A stretch of DNA of 16,415 nt from a virus (taxonomy: Duplodnaviria > Heunggongvirae > Uroviricota > Caudoviricetes). The notes beneath the pieces were generated by a model. That model was not told where the DNA came from. It made no database searches and saw only the letters and a list, made by a program, of their open reading frames with translations. The stretch is taken from positions 1 through 16,415 of the IMG/VR virus record IMGVR_UViG_3300014204_006651. One strand, 5' to 3'. The position numbers were made by a program, and so were the translations under genes. Positions 14,640 to 16,415 of the stretch are shown here, one piece after another (the stretch's first letter is position 1; each line of letters begins with the position of its first letter).

Positions 14640-15417
14640 AATATATAGAATACCATTAAATATACTTAATAGCATTCAAATTGCACTTATGTCTAATTCT
14701 GATAATATTGGTGTTAAACGAGCTAAATTTCTTTTAAAAAATGGTAATATTACTTATCAGGACATGAAAAGATTGAAAAATTTTTTTGATCATTTTGATC
14801 AACAAATTAATAATAAAACACAATATGCACTTGCAGGTGGCGAATTAATGAGATCATTTATTGAAACAACATTAGCTACTGATAGAAATGCTCTTGAACA
14901 ATCTAAAAAGGTTAAACAAGAAATAAATGTTGATCCCAATTTGGGAACAAGTGCATTTAAATCTTCTCCAAATCTTAATGAAGAAAAGAAAAAGGAGTTA
15001 AATGTTGAGGATTATGATAAATTAAAAAAAAATGCATTAGCGGTTATAGTAAATAACGATAATAAGTTTTTGTTATTAAAAAGGTCTGATTATCAAAAAC
15101 AATGGCAACCGGAAAAATGGTCATTAGTAGGTGGTTCAGTTGAAAAAAAAGAAGAACCGGAAGCTGCGTGTAGTAGAGAAATTAAAGAAGAGACTGGATT
15201 AGACATTAAAAAATTTATAGAAAAGGTAGTGATACAAAGAAATCCAGATAGTATTGAACATATATTTGCATGTAGATATGAAGGTGAACCAACAGATATT
15301 TCACTTAATAAAGAACACACTAATTATGGTTGGTTTGATATTAATGAAATAGATTACTTAGATACTGTACCTAATCTTCAAGATTATATTAATTTGGTGT
15401 TTATTAAATATAGTTAA
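14617..15417 (+). CDS. NUDIX hydrolase fused to an N-terminal domain of unknown function
   Basis: Complete NUDIX box G-x5-E-x7-REIKEETGL (15133-15201) preceded by FLLLKRS and KWSLVGG. About 120 extra N-terminal residues. Confidence 0.9.
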   Translation: MNQYLKDKIYRIPLNILNSIQIALMSNSDNIGVKRAKFLLKNGNITYQDMKRLKNFFDHFDQQINNKTQYALAGGELMRSFIETTLATDRNALEQSKKVKQEINVDPNLGTSAFKSSPNLNEEKKKELNVEDYDKLKKNALAVIVNNDNKFLLLKRSDYQKQWQPEKWSLVGGSVEKKEEPEAACSREIKEETGLDIKKFIEKVVIQRNPDSIEHIFACRYEGEPTDISLNKEHTNYGWFDINEIDYLDTVPNLQDYINLVFIKYS

Positions 15418-15473
15418 TCTATAAAATAATTAATAGAGAAAGATGGGATAATCTTTAAAAAATACGATTAACT

Positions 15474-15488
15474 TGTATTTATAATAAA
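15474..15488 (+). promoter_or_regulatory. Candidate phage late promoter motif TGTATTTATAATAAA
   Basis: Intergenic, ends 26 nt before ATG 15515. Confidence 0.6.
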
Positions 15489-15514
15489 TAACAGAAAAAT
15501 TAAAATCAAAAAAA

Positions 15515-15754
15515 ATGAGCAAATTAGAAGACAATAGCGTATCTTTTAAAAAGAAAAATATTTCCAGAAATCGTTATGATAATAATAAGTATTATAATGT
15601 TTCTCATCCAAATGCTTTATCAACTGGTGATGAACCGGGAAAGGGTGAAGTAAACGGACAGGTAGGTAATGCTACTGATATTAAAACGAGAGATAAATTA
15701 ATAGTTAAAAATAAATATAATAAAAATAAGGAATATAACGATGCTACTGCTTAA
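15515..15754 (+). CDS. Small basic hypothetical protein
   Basis: 79-aa K/N-rich ORF behind the late motif. Its stop overlaps the next ATG (TAATG). Confidence 0.7.
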   Translation: MSKLEDNSVSFKKKNISRNRYDNNKYYNVSHPNALSTGDEPGKGEVNGQVGNATDIKTRDKLIVKNKYNKNKEYNDATA

Positions 15755-16415
15755 TGTTAAACGAGCATAAAATATTATTTAATAACATTAAAGATTTTCG
15801 TCATAAAGTTCTTATAACTGAAGCGGTTGGAGATGATGCGATTATTAAAGCTATTGATAATCATCAGTATATCTATATCTATTATGAAGGTGATAAAACA
15901 AATCAAAAGGGTTATCGAACAATTAGACCATATGTTTTAGGTACATCAAGAGCAGGAAATAAAGTTATTAGAGCTTGGCAAGAAAGAGGTAAAAGTGAAA
16001 GTTATTCTTTTGGTCAACGTGGTGCTGAACATGATTATTGGACTGATGATGATAATAAAATAAAACCGGGATGGAGAATGTTTCGGTTAGATAAAATTGC
16101 ATCCGTCTATCCCACTGGAAAAAAATTTAATAAATCTGATGGTACTGTTATGATTCCACCTAAATACAAAGAGGGATCGGATGCAGATATGACAAGTATT
16201 ATTACATATGTTTCGACAAAAACTGAACCTGAATTTGTTCCAAGAGATGTATCTACAAGACCAAAAGAAGGAAGATGGAAAAAATTTATTAATGCTAATG
16301 GTGAAAATGTTAAATTAACACCAGAAGATGTTAAAAATTTATATTATAACGCAAAAAAAATTCAAAAAAAAGCTGCTGGACAATTTTTTGTTGCAGTTGA
16401 TGATGAAGATAATAT
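15754..16415 (+). CDS. WYL-domain protein, 3'-truncated, no N-terminal HTH; not in the ORF track
   Basis: Open from ATG 15754 to the window end: MLNEHKILF...IYIYYEG..KGYRTIRPYVLG...VIRAWQ...PGWRMFRLDKI. The R-x-I-x-P-Y-x-L and W-R-x-F-R-L-D-K/R-I signatures are diagnostic of WYL domains. Confidence 0.8.
   Translation, partial: MLNEHKILFNNIKDFRHKVLITEAVGDDAIIKAIDNHQYIYIYYEGDKTNQKGYRTIRPYVLGTSRAGNKVIRAWQERGKSESYSFGQRGAEHDYWTDDDNKIKPGWRMFRLDKIASVYPTGKKFNKSDGTVMIPPKYKEGSDADMTSIITYVSTKTEPEFVPRDVSTRPKEGRWKKFINANGENVKLTPEDVKNLYYNAKKIQKKAAGQFFVAVDDEDN

Noticed and set aside
13690-14650. Group I intron surrounding the endonuclease gene
   Set aside because: The ORF overlaps both neighbours, leaving no room for P/Q/R/S core elements, and the flanking ORFs each have their own start and stop.
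966-15320. Short minus-strand ORFs in the track (966-1157, 4692-4937, 6146-6358, 9132-9317, 12363-12623, 13878-14063, 15093-15320)
   Set aside because: All lie opposite well-supported + strand genes and show the F/I/L/S-rich composition typical of antisense shadows of AT-rich coding DNA, with no motifs.
15439-15462. AAAGAT-GGGATA-ATCTTT hairpin as an intrinsic terminator
   Set aside because: Only a 6-bp, AU-rich stem followed by As rather than Us on the coding strand. Too weak to call.

Overview
A 16.4-kb, very AT-rich, densely coding window with all credible genes on the + strand. It most likely comes from a large (jumbo-type) dsDNA tailed phage, and weak evidence points to a Bacteroidota host. 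Three blocks alternate. (1) 1-5079 is a virion/tail block: a 5'-truncated, modular tail-fibre-like protein with delta-60 repeats, a GT9-like glycosyltransferase, a second fibre-like protein, a membrane protein and a BppU-like baseplate protein. (2) 5220-12861 is a replication block behind a host-type promoter: a DUF2493/SLOG protein, a Zn-ribbon-like hypothetical, a HARP-SNF2 helicase with a 342-aa intein whose LAGLIDADG nuclease looks degenerate, a hypothetical, and a 1197-aa family B DNA polymerase whose TAA is followed in frame by a 40-codon acidic tail. (3) 12870-16415 is a second putatively late block: hypotheticals, a 57-aa ORF missed by the ORF track, a free-standing DUF723/Vsr-like homing endonuclease, a NUDIX hydrolase fusion, and a 3'-truncated stand-alone WYL protein also missed by the track. 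A recurring (A/T)GTATTTATnnnAAA motif precedes five genes in blocks 1 and 3 and is a candidate phage late promoter. I saw no rRNA, tRNA, CRISPR array or reverse transcriptase. All family assignments come from motif recognition by eye, with no database search.
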